Positions 48,858 to 63,125 are shown, counted from the stretch's first letter. The stretch: 64,000 nt of DNA from Hormiphora californensis (GCA_020137815.1 CM035354.1:4774001-4838000); one strand, 5' to 3'. The notes: generated from the letters alone by a model not told the origin. A program made the numbers and translations.

Positions 48858-51800
48858 CTCACTGTGTCTCACTGTGTCTCCCTCTATCTCTATCTCTCTC
48901 TTTCTACCTCCCTTTCTCTCCCTCTATCTCTCACTCTTTCCCCTCTGTCTCTCGCTCTCTCATCTCTCACTCTCTATCTATCGCTATCTCTCTCCCTCTA
49001 TCTCCCTCTATCTCAGTTTGGAGCATATAACTGACCTGAAGACGGCTAGTTTGGAACAGCAAAAGAGTAGGGCTGAGGTGAACCTACAGGATAGAATAGA
49101 TCAACTGAGAGAAGAAAATGATAGCAACAAAGATAGAATCACCATCCTGCTGAAGGTAAATTGTTCGTGTTTTGATCCCCTCAATCGCAAACTTGTTGCT
49201 TGACTTGGTAATGAAATTACCCCTCATCGCGAGCTCCCGGAGCTCCAGGTGGGAGGGGTGACTTCGTAACGAATTGCTTGACTTGCTCAGACTAACAACA
49301 ACGTTTCTACAGGAGGTGGAGGAGGGTCACAAGGATGTGAACCTGAAAGGAGAGGAGTTGTTATACTACAAACAAGAGTGTGCCAACCTCCAATCATTGA
49401 TATCCAAATTTGCAATCCCAGCCCGCGATCACGAACCGGTTAGTTTGTACAAAACACACTTCGCAGTATTTTGGTTTTAGATCAATTGATGACCGTGCGG
49501 GACCGTGCGGGACCGTGCAGAAGTTGATGGTTAAATCTAACGTGCATTTTTCCTAATCATACCCCCACTTTTTCTTCACACCTAACCTTTTTTTCTTTTT
49601 TAATCTCTTCATCGTTCCTATATCACACCTCTGTTTGCAGTTTGCCTACTTTCTAAGTTAACTACTCAATTTCACTGTCACTGTGTTTCAGTTGTCCCAG
49701 CTGGAGAAGGTGGCCGGTGAGAGGGATAAAGCCCTCCGTCAGATAACAGAGCTAAAGGAGGAAATGATAACTTTGAGGTCCAATATCCGAATGTTAACCT
49801 CGGAAAGGGATAACATTGATGCACTCTATCTGCAGGTACCGTGTTGTTGGTTACCATTGGTTACCATGTTGTTGTTATCTGTTACTTCTTTGGTTACCAA
49901 TGATTACCACTTTTCTCAGGTTACTGATGAGGTGAAGAGGTTACGGAGTGAGAAATCGGAGCAGCTGATTAGTGAATCAAATGATGTTCTAAGACATGAG
50001 AGGGACACTGCCATCACCAAGTTAAAGCAGGTGAGCAAGTTAAGTAGTTGATGGTGATATTACAATCATGTTTACCTACTACCGTAATACCCCTAATATC
50101 TTGGTTTAGTTACCTAGTTAGCTGGTAATATAATATAGGTGTTAACCACTCAAATAATTTATTACCGCCAATTACCCCTTCATCTCCAGGCTCTGGCAGA
50201 CAAGGAGCGGCTCTCGGAACAGCTAACCCTGGAGAAGCAGACGAGGAGGTTGGAATTCGAGCAGCTTGAGGATAAGTCCCGGGATCAAGATAGGAGGGTA
50301 CACTCCCTTACAGCGGAGCGAGACCTACTAGTCAACAAGGTACATGTGTTATTGTAGGATTTTATTATGGCTATAAGTTGTACCTGAAAACTTATAACAC
50401 GAGACCGAAGGTCGAGTGTTATAAGTGCAACAATAATGATCCGAGACCACAGGTCGAGGCAGATTCTTGTACTTTAGTGCACGAGCCTGCGAGTGCCACT
50501 AAGTGTAACTACCTCACGAGCCTGCGAGTGATGTAGTTTTACTTTTTGACCGAGCCTGCGAGGTCTAAAAGTGTAAGAATCTGGGACATTATTGTTGACG
50601 TCAGGTACAACGAAAATAGGCATAATAAAATTGCATTGTAAAATTTTTAAAACAAGAGTGAGAGACACTTTAGGGCGTAACAATAGAGCGAATTCATGAT
50701 ATGGTAGCAGGCAGAGATATCAGTATAAGATAAGATAACGCCTGAGATAGGTAAAGAGAGTGAGAGATTAGTGAGAGTGAGAGAGATAAAGAATGTGTGG
50801 GACGTGGGTCCGGGAGTTCGTAACTGTTATCTTGATCTCGGTGCTGCAACGGCTTGACAGTGTGAGAGAAGAAAGAGAGAGAGGGAGGGAGTTCGTAAAT
50901 GCTTATCTTTCTAACGGTTTTTAAGTGTGACAGAAACAGTGGAGTAAGGAGTTCTAAGTGCAGGCAGTGTTATAAGTTTTCATGTATCACTGCTAGCAGT
51001 TATACATGAAAACTTATAACACTGCCAGCAGTTATACATGAAAACTTATAACACTGCGCAGTGTTATAAGTTGTACAAGCAGTACTACCTAAAGAATTAT
51101 ATTATATCTCAAAATTTTACAATGTGAATTATCTTGATGTTGTTTACCAAGACCTCAGTCCTCAATCAAGTCCAGGGATTCATCCAATTGTTATTGTAGC
51201 TTAGAAGACGGGAAACATAGTGTTTTAGAAAGCTTATTACCTTTTGATTTCTTGTTACTAATTCCCCACCACACTAGGTGAACAACATGAAGGAAACTGT
51301 TAGGAAACTGGAAGAACAAGTAGCCAACTCCAGCAACCAACTATTTACCGTCAAGGCTGGTAAGTTGATTTGATAAAAGCGGTTGCCATGATTACCAGCA
51401 ACGCTATACTATTTAATAGTATAAACTTTACCCTTGTGACTTGTCTTTACCACCCCTCACCCCTGCCCCAATAATTCCTGATCATGATGTCTGATGATCA
51501 CGCCAGGCCAATCCCACACGGAGTCCCAAGTGAGCCACCTGAAGACTGTGGCCAGTACCGCCCAGCGGAGTAGGGACGACCTGCACAACAAGTTACAGGA
51601 GGTGTCCATGGAACTCGAACTAGCAAACCAACGGAACACATTCTTAGATAAACAGGTACACACACAGACTAACTCTATATTTGTCTGGATGTTTCTTCCT
51701 GAACGCTACACATTGCAGCCTCTCCGTCCCGGTTCGGAGAGGGCAGTCTTTTGTGAGACAAACAGATACACACCGACATAATTATAACTGTTCATGTTAG

Positions 51801-54800
51801 AGAGACTTAGTTATAATAGCCGTGTGAATTTCACACTGTGAACCTGATCTCCCTTAGTTAAAGTAACAGTCTTCCCCATTTGCTATTTTGTTTGCTATCT
51901 CTACAGTATATGAAACCTATTAAATGTCCCATAAAAGATCTCTAAATGACAAGTGGAATTGTACATGCCACAAAGTCATTATTCCTTATATGGTCATGCC
52001 AATGACAGACCGCGGGTTTTAGTGTAACCATGGTGATGACCGTGATGTCTTTTATGAAGTATTGACAACAAAGTCTGAAGATGGAATAATATGCCCTTTT
52101 CATGATCAGACCAGCCCCCGTAGATCATCAAAACAACAACCATCCCCCCCTCTCTGAAACATTTGACAATAACCCTCTCTCTCTTCCTTGACAGGTGAAC
52201 GATCTTCAAGAATCGATGAGAGGGAAGAATACGGCTGGTATCAAGATGAAACAGACGCTAGTTGAGAAAGAGAAGGATAGAGATACACTCCTTACACAGG
52301 TAACATGGTTGTTGCTAATTAGATTGGCAATTAGAGATGTGCTAATTATTAGAACTCTCTAAATCACTAATTAAACCCCTAATATTCTAGTTGGACGAGA
52401 AGACAGAGAAGTTGTACGAGATGAACCAAAAGTTCCTAAAGCAGCAAAATGAGCTGCAGGTCCTAACACTGGAGATAAGGAGTTTTGAAGATAAATTCAG
52501 GGAACAGAAGATGCAGAGTGGACAGAAGGTATGGTTTTATCTGACTGTGTGGGTCATGTGTATTATGCGAGAGGGTTTTATCTGACTCACGGCCAATACA
52601 GATTGGAGAGGGTTATAGACAGCCCCTGATAAAGTGTGACAGCACCCCGGCCCGTACACAATGTGTGAGGGAGGGGGTTGTACAGTGTGTGTATCTTGTA
52701 TCACCACTAAAAATAGTACACGTCATGCTGCTATCATATTATGACATCATACCCCATTTCGCATCATTCATCGCCCACACACGTTTCTCATTGCGAGCAC
52801 GGGACAGTTGCTATGGGAATACAGTGATGTCATTGCATTTCCTAAACATGAGATTAACAAATTATAGGGTTTCAAAATTCAAGCCCTAATAATATAAGTT
52901 ACCAAGATTATCAATTATCTCTCGTTCCATCAGGTGCAAGAAGCGGAAGGGTTAAGGAAGCAGATAACACAGATGGTGGATGAGGTATCGCAATTAGAGG
53001 CCGTCAGAGATAGGACCCTAAAACACAACAAACAACTGAATAATGATGTCAAAACAATGACTGGAGAAACTCAGGTACATAACTCTTTGTGGTACTGATT
53101 TCTATTCGTTACCCCCTTACCCCCGGTTATGCTGGTTTTGTTGAAACCCGGGGCACGGAGAGAGAGGGTCGAGTAAGACTATGATACCTCTAAATAACTA
53201 AACCCCTCCTCATCCTATTATGAAACCCGATAGCTAATTTAACAGTCGTTTGGACATTTTGCGCGCTCATGATAACTGCTAGCTGGGAGATTTAACACCC
53301 TGCTCGCTGTTTAACAGTCCCGCTCTCTTTTTCACGCGTTTCTCTTCATTTGAATAACATGCGTGTAAAATTCTAAGTATTGAAAATGTGTGTAAACACA
53401 CAGTTCTGTCAACAAAAGAAAGGGGAAACATGTCTGCAACACGTTTCAATGTTATCTCTCTCATAAGGAGTGAAAAGAATCACATTCCATTCATTTCTCT
53501 CTCTCATTGTATCTTTTACTGTTCATTACCTCTGACAGTGTGTATTGCCCCTAATCTTTCTCTCTCTTTCTCAAACATGTTAGGAACAGTAGACACTAAG
53601 TCTACACACATTTTCAGGGTATCTGTTGACTATTTACCAGCAGTTCTAGTGTGTTTCACCTTGTGTTGTGTCTCTTATTTGTGTGTAATTACTATCGGGT
53701 TTCATAAAATATGAACGTTTGTTAGCCTATCGCGTTATAGGTTTAAATCACCTCCCCCTCACCCTCGGCTGGCGCCTCGGGATCGGAGTCGGGATTTAAA
53801 CCAGTTTAATCGCCCTGCCGGGCGATTAAACTCCAGTTGGCTGTCCCCAGCTCGCGCTGGGAACAGCCAACTTCATAACGCGCCAGTCTACAAACGTTCA
53901 TACTTCATATAGCGGCTAAATGAGGAGATACGGGGGCTGAAGAAGCAGTTGGAGTTGATGAGGAAGGATGTGAACGAGAAGGCAGCGGAACTCCACAGTA
54001 TCCACCATGTGGTGGGGTTGAAAGATGCTGATAATGTGGATATCCTCAATAGATATCAGGTATGGAGTAATTACTTATATAATTAGTAATAATTAGAGGA
54101 GTAATTACCAGTGTCCAGTAATTACTAGGTGAAGTCATTACTAGGTGAAGTAATTACCAAATGATTTACCAGTAATTACCAAGTACACGTGTATTGCCGT
54201 TTATCACAACACCAATCGGGGAAATACTAACTGGGTTAGTAGTAGTAGTAGTCTAACCCCTTCTTCCCCCTTCTGTACAGGAGATCAATGTTGAGTGTGA
54301 CAGACTTGCCAGGGACTCCAAGATCAAGTGCAGAGAACTGCCGAGCTCTCCAGCGGGACCTGGCGGCTACACAAGATGTCCGTACTGCCCTGGAGCGGAG
54401 ACTGAAAGAGCAGACTCTAGAGATCCAGAAGTTAGTGGAGCATAGTGAGGAGCTGCAGAGGGTAGTGACTGAGGGAGATCTACAAGTTGAGGAGCTGAGG
54501 GAGATGTGCAGGAGGGGTGATGAAGAGAGGGAGCAGATATTGTTAGATTTGGAGACAGTTAGACAGATAAATAGCAAGATTGAGGGACAGAGGGAGGCAC
54601 ATGCGAGACAGGCCGCTAATAGAGGGGTGGAGGTTGAACAGCTACAGAGGGTGATTGAGAACCTTTCTGCTGATTGTGAGAGTTTGAAGAGGCAGGTTGC
54701 TGCTGAAAAGGACTGTGCTAGGAACCTGGAGTATATCATCAAAACTAGTCGGCAACAGGTAACTGTTTCAGTATTAATCTCTCTATCTCCCTCTATCTAA

Positions 54801-56748
54801 CTGTCTTTGATCTACCGAACCATCACAGTGTGAGCCATACAAAACTGTCTAACCCTGTCTATACCACTGTCTTTTATATCCACTCTCTCACTTGTTTTTC
54901 AATGTGTAACTTTCTCTCTTCTGTCCTCTGGCCCTTTATTAATTATCTCCCTCTTCTAATCCCACTATTTCCACTAGGAGTTTGACAACCAGACATCTGT
55001 TGAAGATCTACATGGCATGGTAAACCACCTGAAAGCTAAACTACAGCTCAAAGAGACAGAGTTGGCAGGGGCCCGGGAGCAGTATCAACTGATCTGTAAT
55101 GAGCATGACAATCTGAAACAGGAAAACGCTACCCTTCTGAGGAATGTGACTGATGAACGATTTGAGAGGTAACACAGTGAGACAATGAATGGAGAGGTAG
55201 TGAGACAATGGATGGAGAGGTAGACAAAGAGATGGGAGACAGACAGCGAATAGAGATGAGATACAGGCAGATGATAAAGTACTGAAATTACAGTACGGTC
55301 GAACAAACTGACGGACAGAGTAATGGACATGCAACACACACGTCCTCCACTCAGAGACTTGTACACACACATGCACTACATGCGGCGTTCGTAATTATTG
55401 TGTCTACTCTGTAAGTGGCCGGTCGCATTTTGTTGTGGTGTGTGCTGGAGCGCGCGGGGTCTTACAACCAGACCCCATGGGCTGCGCGCGAAGGGAGTGC
55501 GCGCATAACATCAACGGTTAGCTTATTTACCGCGCCACACACATCAACACGCTGGGATGAGTCACGTGACATACACACTGGGTAAACAAGCATGTTTTTC
55601 TGACATCTGAACGAAAGATAAACATCTCTTTTTTCAGGGAGAAAGCAAAGAACGAATCCAATATTCTGAAACACAAACTGGCTGCTGCATCTCCCAAACC
55701 TTCTTCCTCTCAGCAGACTACATCCAACAAGCCCCCTCCATTGTTTGAGAGACCTGTTAGCTACGAACCCACCCTATCACCCAGTGTAGTTAGAAAGAGG
55801 ACTGCAAGGAGAGTTCATGTGTCATCAGCTGATGAAACGGATGACTCTATCATGAGAGAAATTAGTAAGTCTAATATGCCTAAATGGTGTCGTAGATTTG
55901 TTTTGTTCAAACCCATATGGTCGAACAAGACAATGTTAGATAATTGATCAGGATATTTAATTGATGTTGTGGTATTTCTCCCCTGTGATTACCTACCCCC
56001 CCCCCCTCCTAGATCGATCAATGAAGAGTAAGATCACCACTACTCCTGCTGCTGCTGCTGCCCCCTCTACTAACGTCAGCTCCATCATGACATCTCTAAC
56101 AGAAACCAGCTTCGAGGATCAGACCCTAGATAGTGAGAGACCTGTGGAGCATAGTATTGATAGTCTACCTCCCTCCGGTCCTGCCCGGCCCTCTCCAGGT
56201 CGAGGTGGGTAAAGACAGAACAGCTTTCATACTGTCGAGAAAGAGATAGACAAGCTATATTATTTGAATTGGCTCCCATTTTTCTCCCCCTTCACTAAAA
56301 CTTAGTTTGCTTATCTCACCCCCTGTTCTCTCTCTCTGACAGTGTCTTATAAACCCCTCCTCTTTCCAGTGCCTGTTAGGGAAAAGAAGGATAGTGTGGT
56401 TGAATCTGAGCTCTCTAGACATAGCTCAGTTGTTGTTGATGATGGTATGAGTGAAGCGGTAAGTGCAACCACCTCCCCCTTTGTGTTGTGGTACTGGCGA
56501 GGTTCTGAACTAGACAAACCACTTTGTAGCTGGTGTCAGTACCTTTATCACTCTGCCCAGTTCATCCATTACCATGGTCGGTATCTACTATGTTTAACTA
56601 CCGATAGCCCCTTCCCACCAAACTCCCCAACACCCCCTCCCCAACACCCTACTATTTGCAGACTTTTGATGGGGACGAGGATGATAGTGTATACCAAGCA
56701 ATTAAATCCTCCCAGAGATCTGGCGGCAGTACCACAGGAAAACAGTAA
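46257..56748 (+). CDS. CEP135: Centrosomal protein of 135 kDa (Bld10), more than 20 exons
   Basis: The N-terminus KFTAIRKRLDQLGYRQTL..SVPLVEKLFADLIHTTESL...PYKAENTRLLRENNDLH, plus ADLQFLNSQY, AVVETPGGRRRHI, LRDKEIDRL..LLEGGRP and TDERFERE, is diagnostic. Ser-rich tail ending GKQ*. Confidence 0.93.
50372..51076. mobile_element. Non-autonomous element in a CEP135 intron with repeated AAAACTTATAACAC / GTGTTATAAG motifs and hairpins
   Basis: The motif recurs in both orientations at both ends, with internal CGAGCCTGCGAG repeats. Confidence 0.5.
53710..53901. mobile_element. Short hairpin-rich MITE-like element
   Basis: TIR TATGAACGTTTGT...ACAAACGTTCATA with internal GC hairpins such as TTTAATCGCCC...GGGCGATTAAA. 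Confidence 0.55.
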
Positions 56749-57297
56749 CAATTTCCAGGTCTAATTATTCAGTGAAACATAATCGATACCGGTTTGTTGC
56801 ACATCATATTATGCTCTATGACATATAGGCTGGTCCTAGACGTTTTGACACACCAGCTATTTGCATGCTGACTTTACGAGTACTACAATAACACTATTAT
56901 TTTGTAAATAAATGTATTTTTATTCAATGTAAAGTATATTGACAGACAGTTCTCCAGTATTTATATGACACACACTTTATTACATGTCTCGGGTTTAATT
57001 TTCTCCAATTGAGATACTTAATTCTCCCCTCAGCCCTAGGTTACCGCACCTTGTACTTGTAGGCAGTCTCTACCTGGTAGATATAACCATACAGCCTGCA
57101 AACCACCCCATTAACATTCTTCATAAATCATCATCTCACTTTTCATGTGGGCCTGTTGAGTTCAGACACTCTGAGACTGAGTTAGGCACTGGAAGGTTGT
57201 AAAGTGTGCTTCTCTTCTGAATGATTTAGCTGAACAATAATTTAGTTGATCCTCGACCACCCCTTCTCATATAATGGGTGGTAATCCTCCCCCACTC

Positions 57298-57791
57298 TCA
57301 TATGGGTGGTAGTCTGTACTGTTTATTAAACACCGTCTTCTGTTTAGTCTGAATCAGGTTGATCATCTTGCTCTTTAGTTTGCTGTGCTCCTTCAAAGGG
57401 GCCAGTTTCTCTGTCCCTACAGCCCTCTCATGGGTAATGGGTACAGGTCGGTGTCGTGGTGCTGTCACCTCCTGTAGCTGCTCCCTCCTCCTGTGGTACC
57501 GGGCTGTTCTCAGTACCAGTTGGGTCATACTCCGCTCGTGTCCTCGCCGCTGCTCCTCTTTCAGGTTCTCTAGCACCTAGCGAAATGTTCAATATTAATA
57601 CCAGGTTACAGGGGTATTGTTCATTGTCGTCTATGGCCCTCGTCTAGAATCTAGATATACTGGTCTACAACTCTAAAGTTCTATATCAACTGAGTACTGA
57701 CCTGCAGTTTTTGATCCAGAACATTTTCCAGTCGTTTATTGAGTTGCCGAGTGGTGAATTCCAGTTGTTCAGACTCCTTTGATAAGCGCAT
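57298..57791 (-). CDS. Small (~122 aa) basic coiled-coil protein of unknown function ending in LPPI
   Basis: Exon 57791-57702 MRLSKESEQLEFTTRQLNKRLENVLDQKLQ|gtcag...ctag| splices in phase to VLENLKEEQRR...KQYRLPPI*. Confidence 0.65.
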
Positions 57792-58183
57792 AACTACTGA
57801 ACAACGAGACAGAAAATAAGCGTGATTTGGATTCGAGTTTGGACACTGCAGAGAGTCAGTTAGGCAATGGAAAGTCGCAAAGTACTAGCTGGTTAGGCAG
57901 ATTTGAAAGCAGTGCAAGGAAACTAGATGAAACCTCGGACACTATCTGTCTGGTGCTCAGGGAATGAAAACGAGCAAGTGCAAACGGTGTGGGATGTACT
58001 TAGCTGTAGGAGGGGGAGAGAGAGATATATATATATAGAGAGAGAGAGAGAGAAAAGATTGCATAAAAGGTACACAGCTTGTGCTCAAATAGCAAAGCTC
58101 TTTAGAGCAGCATCAATTCATATATATGTCCATTTGAGAGATAGAAAAAGATAGAGCGAGAGAGTTAAAGATAGAAAGGATTG

Positions 58184-58197
58184 GTTGCCATGGTTAC
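58184..58197. promoter_or_regulatory. RFX X-box-like palindrome between divergent genes
   Basis: GTTGCCATGGTTAC versus the X-box consensus GTNRCC-N(0-3)-RGYAAC. Confidence 0.4.
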
Positions 58198-58661
58198 TCC
58201 GATTTAGACCACTGTACTACACGTTATTAGAACGTTATATAATTGATGGTAGACTGAGATAGAGAGAGCAATAAGTGGTGTGTTTATTGGCTGCATCACT
58301 CATTTAGTTAATTACAATTATTTTGGGAGCCCTCTCCCTAGAGATTTCTCCCTGAACATGAATCACATAACAAAAGGACGGCGCCTTTCTGTAGTTCATA
58401 ATTGCCACCTGGAATTTGTGAAATATCTAATACCCCTCTGTCACACTAAAATGTAACACAAGCTTCCTCAAACCCCTTTCAAAACAACAAATTCCCGAGT
58501 TCATTTTCACGCTTCATCAATCATCATTATCTTCTGCTTCTGATGATAGCTACTCTCTTGACCCCCCCCCCCCCAAGTTCCCTCGCCAAACCACCACCCC
58601 CTCCAGCCCCCTCTCCCCAATCCCAAACCACCTAACTCCACCACACTATGAATCTCTAGCT

Positions 58662-60923
58662 ATGGTAATATCCAAGAAGGCTCGCCTGGACATGACCCCT
58701 CCTGAGGTGGACAGGTTTGTGGAATACCTGAAGATAAAAACAGTACACCCGACCCCCGCATATCAGGAATGTAGACGGTGGCTGCTGGAGTACCTGCGGG
58801 ATGACGTTGGTCTTGAGGTAGGAGCTGCATGTCTGTTCTTGTTGGGGTTCAGAGGACAGAGATAGCATGTCGTTGTAATTGTATGTGGGACGTGGATAGT
58901 CACTAAGCTAAGATGCCACCAATAATTAACATACAACAAAGCGTTATAACGGGTTTCCTGTTTAGATAGTGGTAGATAAGGAGTTTGTTGAAGGGAAACC
59001 TGTCATTGTAGCGAAACTACCTGGATCAGAACCCCACCTACCTGCAGGTGAGTCACATATCCTACAACCCAGTCCATGTTGTACTTACTTTCACATGCTG
59101 TATAGCTGGTTCAGAAGTTCGTGTCAGCCTCTCTTCTATTGACCGATTGACCCATCCCATCGTGTTTCAGTGTTTCACCAACCCCCACTTTCTTGTCAGT
59201 TCTTTAACCCCCTCTTCCTTCCTAGTTTTGTTGAACTCCCACACTGACGTGGTCCCGGTTGAAGAGGACAAGTGGGAACATGAGCCCTTCTCAGGACACG
59301 TGACCCCAGAAGGACGGATATACGGGAGGGGAACACAGGACATGAAGTGTGTGGGTATTCAGCATATTGAGGCAGTCAGGAGGATAAAGAATCGGGGAGA
59401 GAAACTAAGGTTTTTGAAATGTCTCTCGTACATTCTCATTTCCTATCTAATCCAACATATAATTTGCCTTGTTCGACCCCCCTTCCAACATATAATTTAC
59501 CATATCAAGACTGTCTACCCTTTCAAGACTCACTGTGAGTCACAGACTACTGACTAATTAATTCAAAATTTCTCCCCAGGCGAACTCTCTACCTATCGTT
59601 TCTACCCGATGAAGAAATAGGAGGGTTTCACGGTATGAAGGAGTTCTGTGAGAGTGAGGAATTTAGAGACCTAAACATTGGACTATCTCTTGATGAGGGG
59701 CTGGCAAGGGAGGATAATGACATGACTGTGTTTTATGGGGAGAGACACGCTTTTTGGGTCACGGTAAGTGAAACAGAGCTGATCAGATATGACTCGAGTT
59801 TTGTTCGAATCTCTCCACAAAAACATCAACATCAGTCACCATGACAACATGATATTTCCTTCAGAAATTGACCCCTTCTCTTCCTGATGCAGGTTAATTT
59901 TAGTGGTAATCCAGGTCACGGGTCTCGGTTTATTGAGGGTACAGCTGTTGAGAAGATGAGGAAACTGCTAAACACCGCTCTGGAATTCAGAGAGCAACAG
60001 AGAAAAAGGTAGGAAATTTTTGTCTTCATAATGTTGGTTCCAGTAACTGGCAACCTCGCCCGGACCCCAAAAGTGACTTTTTACCCCCCCCCCCCCCTCT
60101 GGTCTTGATACCAAATTCCCACTATCAGTGATTCCATTTACTATTTCCACATGTTTGCAGGTTGATAGCTAATGCGTGTATGCCGTTAGGGAATGTGACT
60201 ACCGTCAATGTCACTATGATTCACGGCGGGGTTCAGGCTAATGTTATCCCTAGCGAGTTCGCTATCACACTGGATTGCAGGTAAATGTAGTGGCCTTTAC
60301 ACCAACTTGACTCTCTAGTGTGTAACTCATTTCAAGTTTAATATTGAGTCGCTTCACTCATGTACTTCACTCATGTACTTTCAAACTAACTGACACACAT
60401 GACACATATCTCCTATAGGGTGTGTCACGAGTACGCGTTTAATGAGTTCAAGGCTAAGTTGGAAGGATGGGTTGAGGAGGCTGGAGGTGGGGAGATAACG
60501 TTTATAAAGGATTCAGATAACACCATATGTTCCTCGACTGATGCGGGTGACAAGTGGTGGACTGCCCTTACCAGTAAGTAGCACTCTGTCTGCCTGTCAG
60601 TCTGTCTTTCTGTCTGTCTGTCTGTCTCTCTCTCTTTCCAATAAGTAAACAATGATGCCCACTGCTATATTTTCCATGACAAATCTTCCTTGTTATCAGG
60701 TGCCTGTGAGAAGAATTCAGTTTCCCTGGTTCCCGAGATATTCCCAGCAGGAACGGATTCCAGGTACCTCCGGAGATTTGGTATTCCTGCCTACGGGTTC
60801 TCTCCCATCAACAACACCCCAATTCTACTTCATGACCATAATGAGTGGCTGGGAACGGACACATTCATTCGGGGTATTGGGATCTTACAAGATGTTATTG
60901 AGAGTGTTGCTAATGTGAACTAG
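58662..60923 (+). CDS. ACY1: Aminoacylase-1 (M20A peptidase family)
   Basis: RFVEYLKIKTVHP, LLNSHTDVVPV, IYGRGTQDMKCVGIQHIEA, PDEEIGG..GM, LDEGLA, YGER, GNPGHGSRF, VTTVNVT..HGGVQANVIP, IFPAGTDSRYLR, FSPINNTPILLHDHNE. Confidence 0.96.
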
Positions 60924-61257
60924 GGAGAATCAGACTTTTTAACTGACACAGCTAATCTGTTAAAGGGATTTTTAATGAACACTGCATGATTATTATATGT
61001 ACCCGGTGTGGTTTTTAAAGATTTGAATTAAATTATTGTAATCTTTTTGAGGGTTTTTTTACTAAAAGTGCTATTTACAGTTTAGTTCTTATTGACTATT
61101 ATGATATGCCGTATTTCTTTTCGTTACAACACTCAAAGCAAGGGGCGGATTACTCTCATGAGGCGGTGCTGTCTGGCGGCATCGACCCCATCTGAGCGCA
61201 CTGTCGAGAATCAAAATGAGGTCCGCCAGACACTGACAGAGGGGGCACGGTGCAGGT

Positions 61258-61335
61258 CCGGGGTTAGTCCATCTTGCTATACGATGACGTTACCTCTTCA
61301 CGAGGAGGTTCACCGGTTGTCTGACAGAGAGAAGC
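61258..61335 (-). ncRNA. Degenerate HDV-like self-cleaving ribozyme (non-LTR retrotransposon 5' type)
   Basis: Minus-strand order: GCTTCTC (P1), CCGGTG (P2), ACC-TCCTCGT (P3/L3), GGTAAC (J1/4), TCATC/GATGG (P4), CTAA (J4/2), CCCCGG (P2'). About 5 nt are missing at P3'/P1'. Confidence 0.5.
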
Positions 61336-62084
61336 GGGTTGTTACGTGACACGGCGTGCCTGGTGAAACTTTAACACGACCTAGCATGCTACGGGAAACC
61401 ACCACTTGTACGTGGTAGCTGAGGGTCTACAGAAGATTACGTACGATAATGCCTACGGTCAATAATGCCTACAGGGTATATAGGCATATATAATTGGGTG
61501 TAGGCAAAACCGTCAAAACGGCAATAATGCCTACGGTGGCAATAATGCCTACGATAAAGTACGATAATGCCTACGATCAATAATGCCTACATTATTGATA
61601 ATTGGGTGTAGGCAAAAGCATCAATATTATTGTTGATATGGCGATAATGCCTACAGGGGTGATTGGGTGTAGGCAAAAGCGTCAATATTATTGTTGATAT
61701 GGCGATAATGCCTACAAGCGTCAAATCATCATATCCCGATTGGTAACGTGACCCTGAGGGCGGCACCAATACGATATAGGAGATATGGCTCGTTAGTTAT
61801 TGGAGTAAACCGATTGACATGAGAGCTCCTCTAATCGGTAAGGCTTAAGCTCTCATGTCTCATGTCGGATTGGATACGTGATATGGGCGGTTCATCTAAC
61901 GGCTTGTTACAACGATTAGAGGAGCTCTCATGTCTCATTCACTATGCTAATCGGTTGGACCTACTACTCCTCCTCCTCCTCTTCCTGCTACACCTACCCT
62001 ACCCACCCTACCTACCCCTCCTCCTCCTCCGCCTGCTACACCTACCCTACCTACCCCTCCTCCTCCTGTCACATCCTCTCTTCA

Positions 62085-62981
62085 ATTCCTGACTGGTGCT
62101 AAAGGTGGACGACAGGCCGCCTATAATGGATACCTCTACTGTGGAAACAGGAAGACCCAGAAAGTCCAGCACTGGGCCTGCAAGGACCGGAAACAGTACA
62201 CACCAAACTGTACGGGACGACTAACTACCACCCTCGATGAACCAGTTGGAGTAGTAAAGGAGACCCCGCACACCCATGACCCCTCCATCCAGACAACATC
62301 GGCAAATGCCTTCCTCTCTAGACTCCGGCAAGTTACTACCTCTTCATCTGACGCCCCTGCGAAGCTGGTAACCAGTCTACTAGGCGGGACCCCCCAGGAC
62401 GCCATCCATGAGCTGCCTGACCTAAAAAAGCTCAAGAGAAAAGTTACCTAAAAGAGGAGACTGGAGAGAGGATACCCCCTGATTGAAGCTACATGCGCTA
62501 CAGAGTTTTCCCTACCTCTTCCTTCATCTGGGACCGGCTTCCATATATTCTCGGACACCACCACCTCCCTCAACCGGCGTGTTATTGCAATGGCCTCCAC
62601 CAACACCCTCGAAGTCCTCAACCAACACCACTCCACCCTCTATCTGGATGGAACCTTCAAGGTGGCACCCAAACACTTCCGGCAACTTTGGATCGTCTGC
62701 GGCCATGTCCCCGTACCAACAACCACTCGGAAGGGAACAACAATGCCTTGAACCGCTTCATCGGTTGCAGTAATCCCTCTGGTGGACTCCTGGCGGACGC
62801 CCTGACCCAGTTCAATCAACAGGCCGAACTACACATCGAGCACTGCCTCACTGGGAACGTTCCTGCCGCTAAGAGGAGGAAGAAGTATCGGGACCTTGAG
62901 GAGAGGATCAAGAAAGCCATCAGTAACTACGGAACTGTCGGACTTGCCCTTTACTGCAGATCTTTGAGCAGACTTGTGTAA
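62085..62981 (+). pseudogene. FLYWCH + MULE transposase remnant
   Basis: KGGRQAAYNGYLY...HWACKDRK...CTGRLTT...HTH (FLYWCH), then a stop at 62449. LYLDGTFKVAPKHFRQLWIV is joined by a deletion at about 62710 to PRTNNHSEGNN. Confidence 0.85.
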
Positions 62982-63037
62982 AATTCAGTTGTATTTCAGT
63001 TTTATTTCAGTTTTATAATAATGAACTAGCTTGTTTT

Positions 63038-63092
<55 letters not shown>

Positions 63093-63094
63093 TC

Positions 63095-63125
<31 letters not shown>

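Noticed and set aside
48372-49203. Long ORFs with CVCV, LSLS or ERER runs (also at 15923, 19432, 38712 and 63013)
   Set aside because: These are microsatellite read-through; only the embedded CEP135 exons are real.
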